From assembly GCA_031316235.1 (NCBI GenBank), contig JALDRA010000001.1, forward strand, positions 2,610,001 to 2,642,000: a stretch of 32,000 nucleotides of DNA, in the 5' to 3' direction. The translations under genes and the position numbers were made by a program. The stretch comes from Candidatus Scalindua sp. (GTDB lineage Bacteria > Planctomycetota > Brocadiia > Brocadiales > Scalinduaceae). The notes below the pieces were generated by a model. It saw only the letters and a list, made by a program, of their open reading frames with translations, did not search any database and was not told the DNA's origin. Position 1 is the stretch's first letter, and the number at the start of each line of letters is the position of its first letter. This document shows positions 8,144 to 16,969 of this stretch, piece after piece.

Positions 8144-9610
8144 TTAACTTACCGAAACTTCTTTTTCTGAGGGCACAGTTACTGCACTGCTCTTATACCA
8201 ATCCTGGTAATAATCTCCTGAATCATAAAGCTTATGGAGATTATCTAAAACCTGCTCAAATACCTGCTGCCAATCAGACCCTACTCGAAAGCCAAACATG
8301 GCATTTCGTTTCCCGTGCATTGTGCTGCCAATGGTTTTTGCGGATTTCCTAAAACGGTGCCTCAGATTATCACCGGCATAAAGATTATCGTACATGTACT
8401 GCATGCCATCAATAAAGTCTTCCAGCGTCATATCAACGAATCTGTGTACAACATGTGCAGTGTCATAATATTTCCAGTCTTCAGGATAATTTTTGCGGAA
8501 AATCCTTTTTTCCGCGTCGAGTCTATGATAAAGGGCGGTTTGCGGGAATGGACAATTAATACCAAAAGTAAGGACATCAATATTGTTTTCGAGGACAAAT
8601 TCTGTCATCGTTTTGAATGAATCTTTATTGTCTCCATCTGCTCCCAAGACGATAGAGCCCCAGACTATGAGACCGTGATCATGAACCTTTTGAATGCAAT
8701 CGTAATAACTGTCAGTTCCCAGTCTGAGATTGACCTTTTTATTCATCTTCTCAAGAACTGCCTCGTTCGTCGATTCTATTCCGCAGAGAAATCCAAAATT
8801 ACCGCTCTTGGCCATTAGATCCAGAGCCTCTGCGTCCTGTGAAATATTAAGAGCGGTAAACCCAAGCCAATCCTTTTTTATGCCCCTGTCAATCATACCA
8901 CGCCAGAGGGCCTTTGCCCTGTTTGCGGAGTTCTTACTGTGGCCATAAAAATTGTCCTCGGCAAACATCAATCCCTTGTAATCAGTGGCTTCCATCTCAT
9001 CTAAGACATCTTCATATGGTCTTTCACGGTATTTTTTCCCCTGGAAGGTGGGTACGCTGCAAAAATCACAGTAATTCGGACATCCCTTGGTTGTCACAAT
9101 AGAAGAAAACTTATAATCATATTTTTTCTTCAAAAATTCCCTGTCGGGGAATACGTGTTTCATTTCTGATAAGGCCGGCAGCCCTCCATTGTAGATTTTT
9201 TTGAGTTCACCGTTTTCAAAATCTTTAATTACCTGCGGCCAGAGAGCTTCAGCCTCACCGGTAAATATGGCATCAACATATTGAGCCGATTCATTTGGCA
9301 TAACGGATACATGAATTCCTCCCATGATTACGGTCATACCTCGGTTTCTACAGGCTTCCGCAATTTTGTATGCCCTTGCCACCTGGTAGGTGACAGAGGT
9401 GATACATACCAGATCAACGGGCTCAAACGTTATTTTTCCGTTTTCATCGATTGCCAGCTCCATATTTTCATCGATTAAGTCAAATTCCCAATCTCCGGGA
9501 GTCAAAGCTGCGATATAAGCAAGGTTTAAAGGCATTTGTACGATAACAGAGATACTTTCTTCACCATGTCTTCCTGGTGGGTGTGGATTGATGAGCATCA
9601 TTTTTCTCAT
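8144..9610 (-). CDS. B12-binding-domain radical SAM enzyme (class B type)
   Basis: CX3CX2C motif in TTKGCPNYCDFCSVP. N-terminal Rossmann-like B12-binding region (MMLINPHPP...DLVCITSVTYQVARAYKIAEA...TVIMGGIHVS). AGGAGG lies 7 nt upstream of the ATG. Confidence 0.85.
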   Translation of the reverse strand: MRKMMLINPHPPGRHGEESISVIVQMPLNLAYIAALTPGDWEFDLIDENMELAIDENGKITFEPVDLVCITSVTYQVARAYKIAEACRNRGMTVIMGGIHVSVMPNESAQYVDAIFTGEAEALWPQVIKDFENGELKKIYNGGLPALSEMKHVFPDREFLKKKYDYKFSSIVTTKGCPNYCDFCSVPTFQGKKYRERPYEDVLDEMEATDYKGLMFAEDNFYGHSKNSANRAKALWRGMIDRGIKKDWLGFTALNISQDAEALDLMAKSGNFGFLCGIESTNEAVLEKMNKKVNLRLGTDSYYDCIQKVHDHGLIVWGSIVLGADGDNKDSFKTMTEFVLENNIDVLTFGINCPFPQTALYHRLDAEKRIFRKNYPEDWKYYDTAHVVHRFVDMTLEDFIDGMQYMYDNLYAGDNLRHRFRKSAKTIGSTMHGKRNAMFGFRVGSDWQQVFEQVLDNLHKLYDSGDYYQDWYKSSAVTVPSEKEVSVS

Positions 9611-9622
9611 TTTCTTGTCCTC

Positions 9623-11035
9623 CTAATTATTTAAAATCATATTAGCCACCCCCCAGCCTGAGGAGACAACGGCACAGATCCCTGGACCAGGATTTGTCCA
9701 GTGCCCTGCTAGAAAAAGATTCTTGAAAGGTGTAGTGTGCGGAAGCCTGTTCGACCAGGTTTGGTCAACGGTGACTGCCCAACCATATGCCGCACCCTTT
9801 GAATTAAGGGTGTAGCGTTTTAAAGTCCTGGGTGTACCGGTCTCAATTACATCAACGTGGTTCCGGATATCTGGAACAAGAGTTTCAAGAAAATTCATCG
9901 TGTGTTTTGTCATCTTTTCCTTAAAAGCATCAAAATTTCCTATTTCATCAAAATGCTCACTTAGGGACACCACAACGGTAATTATCTGCTTGCCGTCAGG
10001 TGCAAGGTTTGCATCCACTTTGGTTGGTACAGATATATAGAACCACTCACTCTCAGAACAACTCGTGCCTCCCGATGTATGATAGAAGCCTCTCTTTAAA
10101 TCTTTTAAATCAATTTTATTGCCAAGGCCCAGATATAACAGAAAGAACGATGTGCTTTCCTTCATGGTTCTTATTTTTTGAAGGTACGCCGCGTCAATCT
10201 CTTGATTATCGAGTAATGTAAAAAAAGTCTGTCCAGGATCTATATTTGAAACGAACTGATCAGCGTGGTATTTTTCCCCTCTGTCCGTTATAACTCCTTT
10301 TACAAGCATATCTTTCGTCAAGATCTTCTCGACCTTAGAAGATAACATAATACGGCCACCATAGTCAATAAATTTTTGAGTAATTGCGTCCGCAAAATTC
10401 TGGGTGCTCCCCAGTGGATAAAAAGCACCATCTTTGAGATAATTAACCAACATCTGGCACATACCAATAGCAGAAGCTTCATGAGGTGGAGAACCGATAT
10501 AACCCCATTGAGCGGACAGCACCATTTTAAGACGTTCATCAGTAAAAAAAATATCCAGCATTTCCTTATAAGTCAGGTCTTTGTACTTTGCCAATATTTG
10601 GCTCTCCTTTGTGCGAACCGTTGACCGGTATAATCCTACAAATTCCTTGAAGAACGCTGAAATATTGTTGCTTTCAGAGACAAAATTATTTTGGAGTACT
10701 TTTACGTAATCATCAAGATCCGCTGGTACATCTACCGAAAAGGTCGGGAAGTTTAAACTATCCATCGGATCCAGCTGTACAAACCTGATGTCTATTCCAA
10801 GTTCCTTGAGACATCTGCCAACGATGCTCCATGTTCCGCATCCGCCAATGTGGTGAACTGCGGCATCAAAAGTAAAACCTTTTCTTTTAAAAGAGGTGCA
10901 ATAGCCCCCCGGCAGGTAATGTTGTTCAATTAACAGTGTTTTTTTTCCGTTTTTTGCCAGGAATGCCCCGCAGATTAAACCTCCAATTCCTGCTCCGAGA
11001 ATGATTACATCGTATTTTGGCTCTTTCAGATTCAT
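9623..11035 (-). CDS. FAD-dependent phytoene-desaturase-family (CrtI/CrtN-like) oxidoreductase
   Basis: Dinucleotide fold YDVIILGAGIGGLICGAFLAKNGKKTLLIEQHYLPGG. C-terminal family motif NLFLAGHWTNPGPGICAVVSSG. The ATG at 11035 is preferred over the GTG at 11080 that opens the track ORF. Confidence 0.85.
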   Translation of the reverse strand: MNLKEPKYDVIILGAGIGGLICGAFLAKNGKKTLLIEQHYLPGGYCTSFKRKGFTFDAAVHHIGGCGTWSIVGRCLKELGIDIRFVQLDPMDSLNFPTFSVDVPADLDDYVKVLQNNFVSESNNISAFFKEFVGLYRSTVRTKESQILAKYKDLTYKEMLDIFFTDERLKMVLSAQWGYIGSPPHEASAIGMCQMLVNYLKDGAFYPLGSTQNFADAITQKFIDYGGRIMLSSKVEKILTKDMLVKGVITDRGEKYHADQFVSNIDPGQTFFTLLDNQEIDAAYLQKIRTMKESTSFFLLYLGLGNKIDLKDLKRGFYHTSGGTSCSESEWFYISVPTKVDANLAPDGKQIITVVVSLSEHFDEIGNFDAFKEKMTKHTMNFLETLVPDIRNHVDVIETGTPRTLKRYTLNSKGAAYGWAVTVDQTWSNRLPHTTPFKNLFLAGHWTNPGPGICAVVSSGWGVANMILNN

Positions 11036-11145
11036 GGGAATTGTACCAGTTGTGATTTTACTTATCGAACGAAATAACACTTATGAACTGCTGACAGATG
11101 AAACTCTAATAGCAGAGAGTGTATCTTAAATGGTGATTTTACTGA

Positions 11146-12384
11146 CTAATTTGAATATTTTGAGATGATGATAGATGAAATGTTGCCGGTATCAGAAAAA
11201 GCGTTGATAAGAACATTGTTTACCTCCGATGCTCTCTTTTTGTTCGGGACATAATCCAGGTCGCACGTGTCATCTTTTTCCTGATAATTTATCGTGGGCG
11301 GGATAACGCTAGTGTTGATTGCCATGATAGCTGCAACACACTGCATAGCGCCAGATGCATCGAGGCATTCACCAGTCATAGATTTTATGGCACTTATTGG
11401 AACTTTTGCTGCGATATTTCCAAAGTAATCCTTAATAACCCTGGTTTCCATCATGTCTCCGGTTTTACTTGAGTTTGCACATGCAGAAATATAGGAAATA
11501 TCGTCAATATTGAGCTCTGCTTCTCTCATTGCCAAAGAAATACACCTTACGCCTTCCTCGGTATTAAGTACTTCATGGTCTATTTTCTTCGGATTAAAGG
11601 TGTTTCCGTACCCCTTTATTTCAGCGTAAATTTTTGCATCTCTTTGTTGTGCGTCTTCCAGCCTTTCAATAACAAGCAGTGCTGCAGATTCCCCTATGAT
11701 AAATCCGTTCCTCCTCTTATCGAATGGTGCAGAGATTTCCACGGATTCTCCCCTGCTGCCAGAGAGTATGCCTGATCTGTACGCACCCCAGAAAATGTCC
11801 GGGGCTAACCCGTATACGCCGCCGGCTAATACTGCTTTTACTCGATTCAGCCGCAGGAAATCTGAAGCGTAAATTATTGCGTCCAGTCCGCTTGTGACGC
11901 CAGTTGATATTGTGGAGTTAAGACCTGTTGCCTTACAAAATATTGAAGCCCGGCTTGCAGGGGCATTTAATACAGTATTGGGGAATTCCATGGGATTTAC
12001 AAAACTCGGCCCCTCTTTGAGTGCTTCCAGATCAAATGAACTGATACTATCGATGCTGCCGTACGTTGAACCTATTACTATCCCTAAATCTTCTTCTCGA
12101 TAGATTTCATGGGTGATCTCGGCATCGTCCATGACCAATTTTGCAGCGGAAGAGGCCAGAAGAGAAGTTCTGTCAATATGCCTGATTCCTTTTTTGCCGA
12201 GAAATTCCCTTGCGTCAAATTCTGATATCTCACCTGCCTTTTTGCTTTTATACCGGGAAACATCAAAGAGGGTGATATCCTTTATACCGGAAACGCCGTT
12301 TGTTAAATTATTCCAGAAATCGTCTTTGTTCAGTCCCAGCGGAGATAAAATGCTGATTCCTGTTATTACCAAGCGTGTACTCAT
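11146..12384 (-). CDS. Ketosynthase-like protein lacking the catalytic triad (KS-beta / CLF-like partner)
   Basis: Full-length FabF/KAS II fold (VITGISILSPLG..., PPTINY...CDLDYVPN). Aligned against FabF motifs: TACxSG is TGVTSG (Cys to Val), AHGTST is ACANSS (His to Cys), KSMTGH is KSMTGE (His to Glu). Confidence 0.85.
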   Translation of the reverse strand: MSTRLVITGISILSPLGLNKDDFWNNLTNGVSGIKDITLFDVSRYKSKKAGEISEFDAREFLGKKGIRHIDRTSLLASSAAKLVMDDAEITHEIYREEDLGIVIGSTYGSIDSISSFDLEALKEGPSFVNPMEFPNTVLNAPASRASIFCKATGLNSTISTGVTSGLDAIIYASDFLRLNRVKAVLAGGVYGLAPDIFWGAYRSGILSGSRGESVEISAPFDKRRNGFIIGESAALLVIERLEDAQQRDAKIYAEIKGYGNTFNPKKIDHEVLNTEEGVRCISLAMREAELNIDDISYISACANSSKTGDMMETRVIKDYFGNIAAKVPISAIKSMTGECLDASGAMQCVAAIMAINTSVIPPTINYQEKDDTCDLDYVPNKKRASEVNNVLINAFSDTGNISSIIISKYSN

Positions 12385-12437
12385 AGTTATCGTTAATCCA
12401 TCAGAAAAATAATTTCTCTAAAACAAAAAAAATAGCT

Positions 12438-13658
12438 TTACCCTGAATACTTTTTTAACACGAGGCAACTATTGTTACCACCAAAGGCATATGCGTTATT
12501 TAACGCTATGGTAATTTCCATTTCGCGTTTAACATTTGGAACGAAATCCAGATCACATTCAGGGTCCATGGTTTCATAGTTTATCGTAGGCGGAACCACA
12601 TCTCCTTTGATAGCCAGGGCACATGCAATGGCCTCTATAGCACTTGCCGCTCCCATAGTATGACCTAACATCGATTTAATAGAACTTATCGCCAGCCGCT
12701 TTGCATGTTCTCCAAAAACCTTTTTAATCGATATTGTTTCAGCTTTGTCATTTGCCAAAGTTCCCGTTCCATGCGCACTTATGTATTGAACATCTTCAGG
12801 TTTTATATTTGCATCTTTTAATGCTTTTTCCATCGCTGAGACAACACCGTTCCCATCCGGGTGGGGGATGGTGATGTGATAACTGTCACAACTTAAACCG
12901 TAACCTAGAATTTCTGCGTAGATATTTGCGTTTCTGGCCAGTGCATCTTCCAGGGACTCCAGCACAAGCATTCCAGCACCTTCGCCAATCAGCATACCCT
13001 TCCTGTTTTTATCAAAAGGCTGGCAGATTTTCGGTGCAATAGCATTAAGCCTGCCAAATCCAACATACGCGACTTTTGAAAAAGGGTCAGAACCACCGGC
13101 TAACATTATGTCTGCTCTGCCTAATCTTATTAAGTCACAGGCATAACCTATAGCATAATTCCCTGCCGCACAGGCTGTCGGAATAATAGTAGTTGGCCCC
13201 TTGAAACCAAATTCGATAGATACGTTAGAAGGTATATTGATGCAGGGGTGGCTCAAGAAAAGATATGGATCTACGCTATCATCTCCGTTTTCATGCCGTA
13301 AAAGATTTACCCTTTCAAGGATCTGGATTTCCCCTGCGGTTGTGCCGATAGAGACACCTATGTTTTCAGGTGCAATGTCCTTTATCTGTAACCTGGAGTC
13401 ATCTAAAGCAAGCTTGGTAGCAGCGATCGCGAATTGTGACCCTTTGCCAATTTTGCGGTTTGAACCATTGCTAACATAATCTTCATACGTGAAGTCTTTG
13501 ACTTCACAGCCTCTGTGAACCTTGAAAAGGGAGGTATCGAAGGACTTCACTTCAGACACTCCGGATTTCCCAGCAATTAAAGCATTCCAAAATACGTCTT
13601 TGCCACATCCTATAGGGGAAATTGCTCCCACACCAGTTATTACAATTCTTTTGTTCAT
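12438..13658 (-). CDS. 3-oxoacyl-ACP synthase II-type ketosynthase (catalytically intact)
   Basis: FabF-like throughout. Active-site Cys in [13 protein letters not shown], His in YISAHGTGT, Lys/His in [16 protein letters not shown], then PPTINYE...CDLDFVPN. Confidence 0.9.
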   Translation of the reverse strand: MNKRIVITGVGAISPIGCGKDVFWNALIAGKSGVSEVKSFDTSLFKVHRGCEVKDFTYEDYVSNGSNRKIGKGSQFAIAATKLALDDSRLQIKDIAPENIGVSIGTTAGEIQILERVNLLRHENGDDSVDPYLFLSHPCINIPSNVSIEFGFKGPTTIIPTACAAGNYAIGYACDLIRLGRADIMLAGGSDPFSKVAYVGFGRLNAIAPKICQPFDKNRKGMLIGEGAGMLVLESLEDALARNANIYAEILGYGLSCDSYHITIPHPDGNGVVSAMEKALKDANIKPEDVQYISAHGTGTLANDKAETISIKKVFGEHAKRLAISSIKSMLGHTMGAASAIEAIACALAIKGDVVPPTINYETMDPECDLDFVPNVKREMEITIALNNAYAFGGNNSCLVLKKYSG

Positions 13659-13784
13659 AGAACTTCTAGCTCTTCTTTTACAATCTCACCTTATTTTAGA
13701 GGTACAAAAAAGCAACCCTTTGAATAAATTTTCCAGGAAATGCTTATTCTTTAAAGGACTTCCGGCTGTGAATAAACCGGAATT

Positions 13785-14234
13785 TTAAAGCAGTATAGTA
13801 TTTTTATCTGCGACTCCAAAACTCAATGTTGCTTTTGTAACTATCTTTTCTCCCACTTTAGCTACACCCTTAACTATTGCAGCGCTGGAAACAATTTTTT
13901 CGCTGTTTATTTCTAATATCAGCTGATCTCCAGGGAATACAGGTTTTGAAAAACGAACATTGGCTGAAGCCAAAAGAAACACCTTGTCTTTCACTGTATC
14001 CGTATTAAAGCTCTTCTGGAAGAGAATTATTGATGCTTGTGCCAGGGCCTCTATGATCAAAACTCCCGGCATGATGGCAAAATCAGGAAAGTGTCCGGCA
14101 AAAAACGCTTCATTGCCCGTAACGTTTTTCAAACAGACAATTCTGCTCTCTTTTTGGAATTCAATAACCCTATCGATAAACAGGAACGGAAATTTTTGAG
14201 GAACTAACTCCCTCACTTCCTCAAAGCTCAACAT
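13785..14234 (-). CDS. fabZ: 3-hydroxyacyl-ACP dehydratase FabZ-like
   Basis: VPQKFPFLFIDRV, GHFPDFAIMPGVLIIEALAQ (catalytic His and Glu contexts), PVFPGDQL. The ATG at 14234 (150 aa, AAAGG upstream) is preferred. An alternative ATG lies at 14303. Confidence 0.85.
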   Translation of the reverse strand: MLSFEEVRELVPQKFPFLFIDRVIEFQKESRIVCLKNVTGNEAFFAGHFPDFAIMPGVLIIEALAQASIILFQKSFNTDTVKDKVFLLASANVRFSKPVFPGDQLILEINSEKIVSSAAIVKGVAKVGEKIVTKATLSFGVADKNTILL

Positions 14235-14416
14235 TGTCAGGCGCCTTTCAGCTTTAAAAATACCCTCCACACGAATCACTGTTTTCAGGGTGCAGACAGG
14301 CATCCTGAAAAAGGTATCGCATGTATTCTTGCATGATTGGTACCGTAAAACCCGTCACCGTCTGAAGTTTTACACCCAAACTTGGAGAGTTGACTGTGTC
14401 AGTTAAAACTTAGCTA

Positions 14417-14677
14417 TCAGTTTCCCTCAATTGTTGATTTTGTCATCTTAATTGTAGCATTCAGGGAAGTTATATCTACCAGCTTTTCTTCTGGAATCTG
14501 AATTTTGAATTTTTTCTCAATAAGGGCTAAAATTTCCAGTGCTAAAAGAGAATCTATTTCCAGATCCTTGAAAAAATCAGCATCTCTTTTTTCCCATATT
14601 TCACTCTCTTCTAGTTCGGTTACTTCCGCTACAATCGCCGTAACCTCTTTTTCTATAGTATCATCAGCCAATATCAT
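14417..14677 (-). CDS. Acyl carrier protein
   Basis: 86 aa, acidic, with the phosphopantetheine Ser context DLEIDSLLALEILALIE. A G-rich SD lies directly upstream of the ATG. First gene of the operon. Confidence 0.85.
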   Translation of the reverse strand: MILADDTIEKEVTAIVAEVTELEESEIWEKRDADFFKDLEIDSLLALEILALIEKKFKIQIPEEKLVDITSLNATIKMTKSTIEGN

Positions 14678-14795
14678 ACCCCCTTACAAAACAGCAACCA
14701 TGGAAATTTATAATAAAACAAAATTAACTTTCAAATTGAAATACCAGATATGAATAAAAGTTGTTATGAGACTCGCTATGAATTAAACTACACCG

Positions 14796-14824
14796 ATTAT
14801 AAATCATTAAATTCAAGGTCTCAA
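14796..14824 (-). promoter_or_regulatory. Sigma70-like promoter candidate for the ACP-led operon
   Basis: On the minus strand: TTGAGA (14824-14819), 17-nt spacer, TATAAT (14801-14796), about 120 nt upstream of the ACP ATG, in a very AT-rich leader. Confidence 0.35.
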
Positions 14825-15352
14825 ACTGCAAACTGAAATTTGAAGGAAAAATAACAAACTTACTGTGAGATGTCAATAACAATCTTAATATGAAACGACA
14901 ATTTTACCGCTGATCCAGATAAGACGAAAGGGTTTTGAAGTTTTACCTGGTAGCACCTGTCACAGCTTTTCCCATCATTAGGATGCCCTGGCGTTCAGGA
15001 AAAAGCGACCTGGCATTCTGACGGGGACGGGGTCGCATTTCTGACCGTCTTCGTCCGCTCTTTGCTTGATCAGGCCCTCAATACAGTTCGGGTTACATCT
15101 GCGGTTCAGATCGGTCCCACCTTACCTGAAACTGAACACGATACAATACCAAGGTATTTTTTTCTGGACCCCCGAGGGAAGGGGTGCCTGAAAAACTATC
15201 TGCATTTGTACCACAATGTTAATACAATTACAGGCTTAATCCATGAATATTCTGTTGAGATGAATTCACCTGATTCGTCAAAAGGAAATCTGATTTCCCT
15301 TATCTCTCCTTCATTAACCAGGAGATATGAGAAAAATCCATGAACTTGTGTG

Positions 15353-16192
15353 CTATGCATTCTTTCTGCTCTGTTTCGAAAAGTTCCTGCCCAATTTTTT
15401 TGATTTTCTCGTTGCTGCCTCGACTGCATCCATAAATGCATTTCTGATGCTATTTTTTTCTAATTTATGAACACCCTCTATTGTTGTTCCTCCAGGAGAG
15501 GTGACAAAGTCCTTGAGTTCAGCGGCATGTATTCCTGATTCGAGGACCATCTTTGCTGCGCCAAGAACTGTTTGCGCTGCAAGAGTTGTTGCCGTAGCCC
15601 TTGGCAGCCCCATCTTTACTCCTCCGTCTGACAGCGCTTCAATAACTATATAGATAAAAGCAGGTCCGCTTCCACTCAGACCGGTAACGGCATCAAGAAG
15701 GTGCTCTTCCACCAGGTAACCTTTGCCGACAGCATTAAGGACTTCATGTACGAACATTCTGTCATCTTGTATTGCATGCGTTCCTAAAGAGTAACCGGCA
15801 GCAGTTTCACCTACGAGACAGGGTGTGTTCGGCATTATCCGGATAATCCGGCACTCTGTGTTTAAATTTGATTCTATGAAACTTATAGGGATTCCGGCTG
15901 CGATAGAGATAACAAGATGTCTCGGGGTGATCACATCATTCAATTCTTCAAGGATGTTTCCCATTACGTTGGGTTTAACAGCCAGAAAAAGAATATCTGT
16001 GCCGGTTACAATTTTTCTGTTTTCCCGGAGAGTTTTTATTCCTGTTGATTTTTCCAGTAACCGGCATCGATCAAGGTCTATATCGCTGGCCATGATCCTG
16101 TCGTGGTCAGAAAGATCAGCATGCAGGATACCCTTTATCAATGCCTCTGCCATCTTTCCGCAACCAATAAAACCGATTCTCTCTTTACGCAT
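15353..16192 (-). CDS. proC: Pyrroline-5-carboxylate reductase
   Basis: RIGFIGCGKMAEALIKGIL NAD(P) fold, RIMPNTPCLVGE, GSGPAFIYIVIEALSDGGVKMGLPR, VTSPGGTT. Confidence 0.9.
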   Translation of the reverse strand: MRKERIGFIGCGKMAEALIKGILHADLSDHDRIMASDIDLDRCRLLEKSTGIKTLRENRKIVTGTDILFLAVKPNVMGNILEELNDVITPRHLVISIAAGIPISFIESNLNTECRIIRIMPNTPCLVGETAAGYSLGTHAIQDDRMFVHEVLNAVGKGYLVEEHLLDAVTGLSGSGPAFIYIVIEALSDGGVKMGLPRATATTLAAQTVLGAAKMVLESGIHAAELKDFVTSPGGTTIEGVHKLEKNSIRNAFMDAVEAATRKSKKLGRNFSKQSRKNA

Positions 16193-16337
16193 GTTCTCTT
16201 TCGTTCAAGTGACAGGAAAGGGTTTCCTCTTGATTTATTTGATTGATTTATTTGAGGTATTTGTTTATTTTATATCTCACTGGCCGTCAACTGGATTTTA
16301 CTGTGGCCTGAGATGTGTGTCAACCGTTTATTTGGTT

Positions 16338-16952
16338 ATGAGGGCTAAATATTTTAGATGGATACCACTTCTTTATTTCAAAATATTTCACAGGGTGAAG
16401 TTTTACGGATATGAAAATATCCCCGATTCCGGACCGGTTGTCATTGCCCCGAACCATGTTAGTTTTTATGATCCGATACTGGTTGGTATCGGGATAAAAA
16501 GGGACTTAAGATACATGGCCTGGGAAAGACTTTTCTCTATTCCTGTTCTCAAGGGAATAATACGGTTTTTCGGTGCATTTCCCGTAAATATTACTAAATT
16601 TGATAAGGCTGCATATGTGAATGCCCTTAAGGCATTGAGTGAAGGGGAGGCACTGGTGATCTTTCCAGAGGGGGGAAGGAGTGCTGACGGAAAGATGAAA
16701 GACTGCAAACTCGGATTTGCCCGGATTGCCTGTAAAACAAAAGCCCCGATTATTCCTGTCACAATTGTCGGTGCTTATGAAGCGTGGCCAAGGCAGAGAA
16801 AACTACCTCGTCCAAGACAGATTCTTGTCTATTATCATAACCCTGTTCGCATGAAAATGGGTGAGTTTGCAGATATGAAAGCCAGGAATGAGTTTTTTAC
16901 TGAAGTGACAAACAGGGTAGCGGGTGCAATCAGCAGCAAGCTGCCGGTATAA
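16338..16952 (+). CDS. plsC: 1-acyl-sn-glycerol-3-phosphate acyltransferase (PlsC family)
   Basis: Acyltransferase motifs APNHVSFYDP (NHxxxxD) and VIFPEGGRS. Start taken at the in-frame ATG at 16338. The upstream part of the 375-aa track ORF is antisense to proC. Confidence 0.8.
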   Translation: MRAKYFRWIPLLYFKIFHRVKFYGYENIPDSGPVVIAPNHVSFYDPILVGIGIKRDLRYMAWERLFSIPVLKGIIRFFGAFPVNITKFDKAAYVNALKALSEGEALVIFPEGGRSADGKMKDCKLGFARIACKTKAPIIPVTIVGAYEAWPRQRKLPRPRQILVYYHNPVRMKMGEFADMKARNEFFTEVTNRVAGAISSKLPV

Positions 16953-16969
16953 AAAGAGAGTGAAACAGA

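Noticed and set aside
8116-9478. Several + strand ORFs (78, 101, 72, 62 and 65 aa) and similar ones across 10000-14753
   Set aside because: All are antisense shadows within the radical SAM, desaturase, KS, FabZ and ACP genes, each of which carries diagnostic motifs.
14931-15060. Possible SRP/6S-type RNA (ACCTGGTAGCACC, GCCAGGTC strings)
   Set aside because: The conserved SRP domain IV sequence (GGAAGCAGCC context) is absent on both strands, and there is no convincing long-range pairing.
15095-15125. tRNA/tmRNA-like string GCGGTTCAGATCGGTCCCACC
   Set aside because: The flanks do not form a 5-bp T-stem or an acceptor stem, and there is no CCA-compatible cloverleaf. The resemblance to a T-arm is superficial.
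15825-16337. N-terminal 171 aa of the 375-aa track ORF (15825..16952)
   Set aside because: This part is antisense to proC, which is well supported, and has no similarity to acyltransferases. The PlsC homology begins at the in-frame ATG at 16338.
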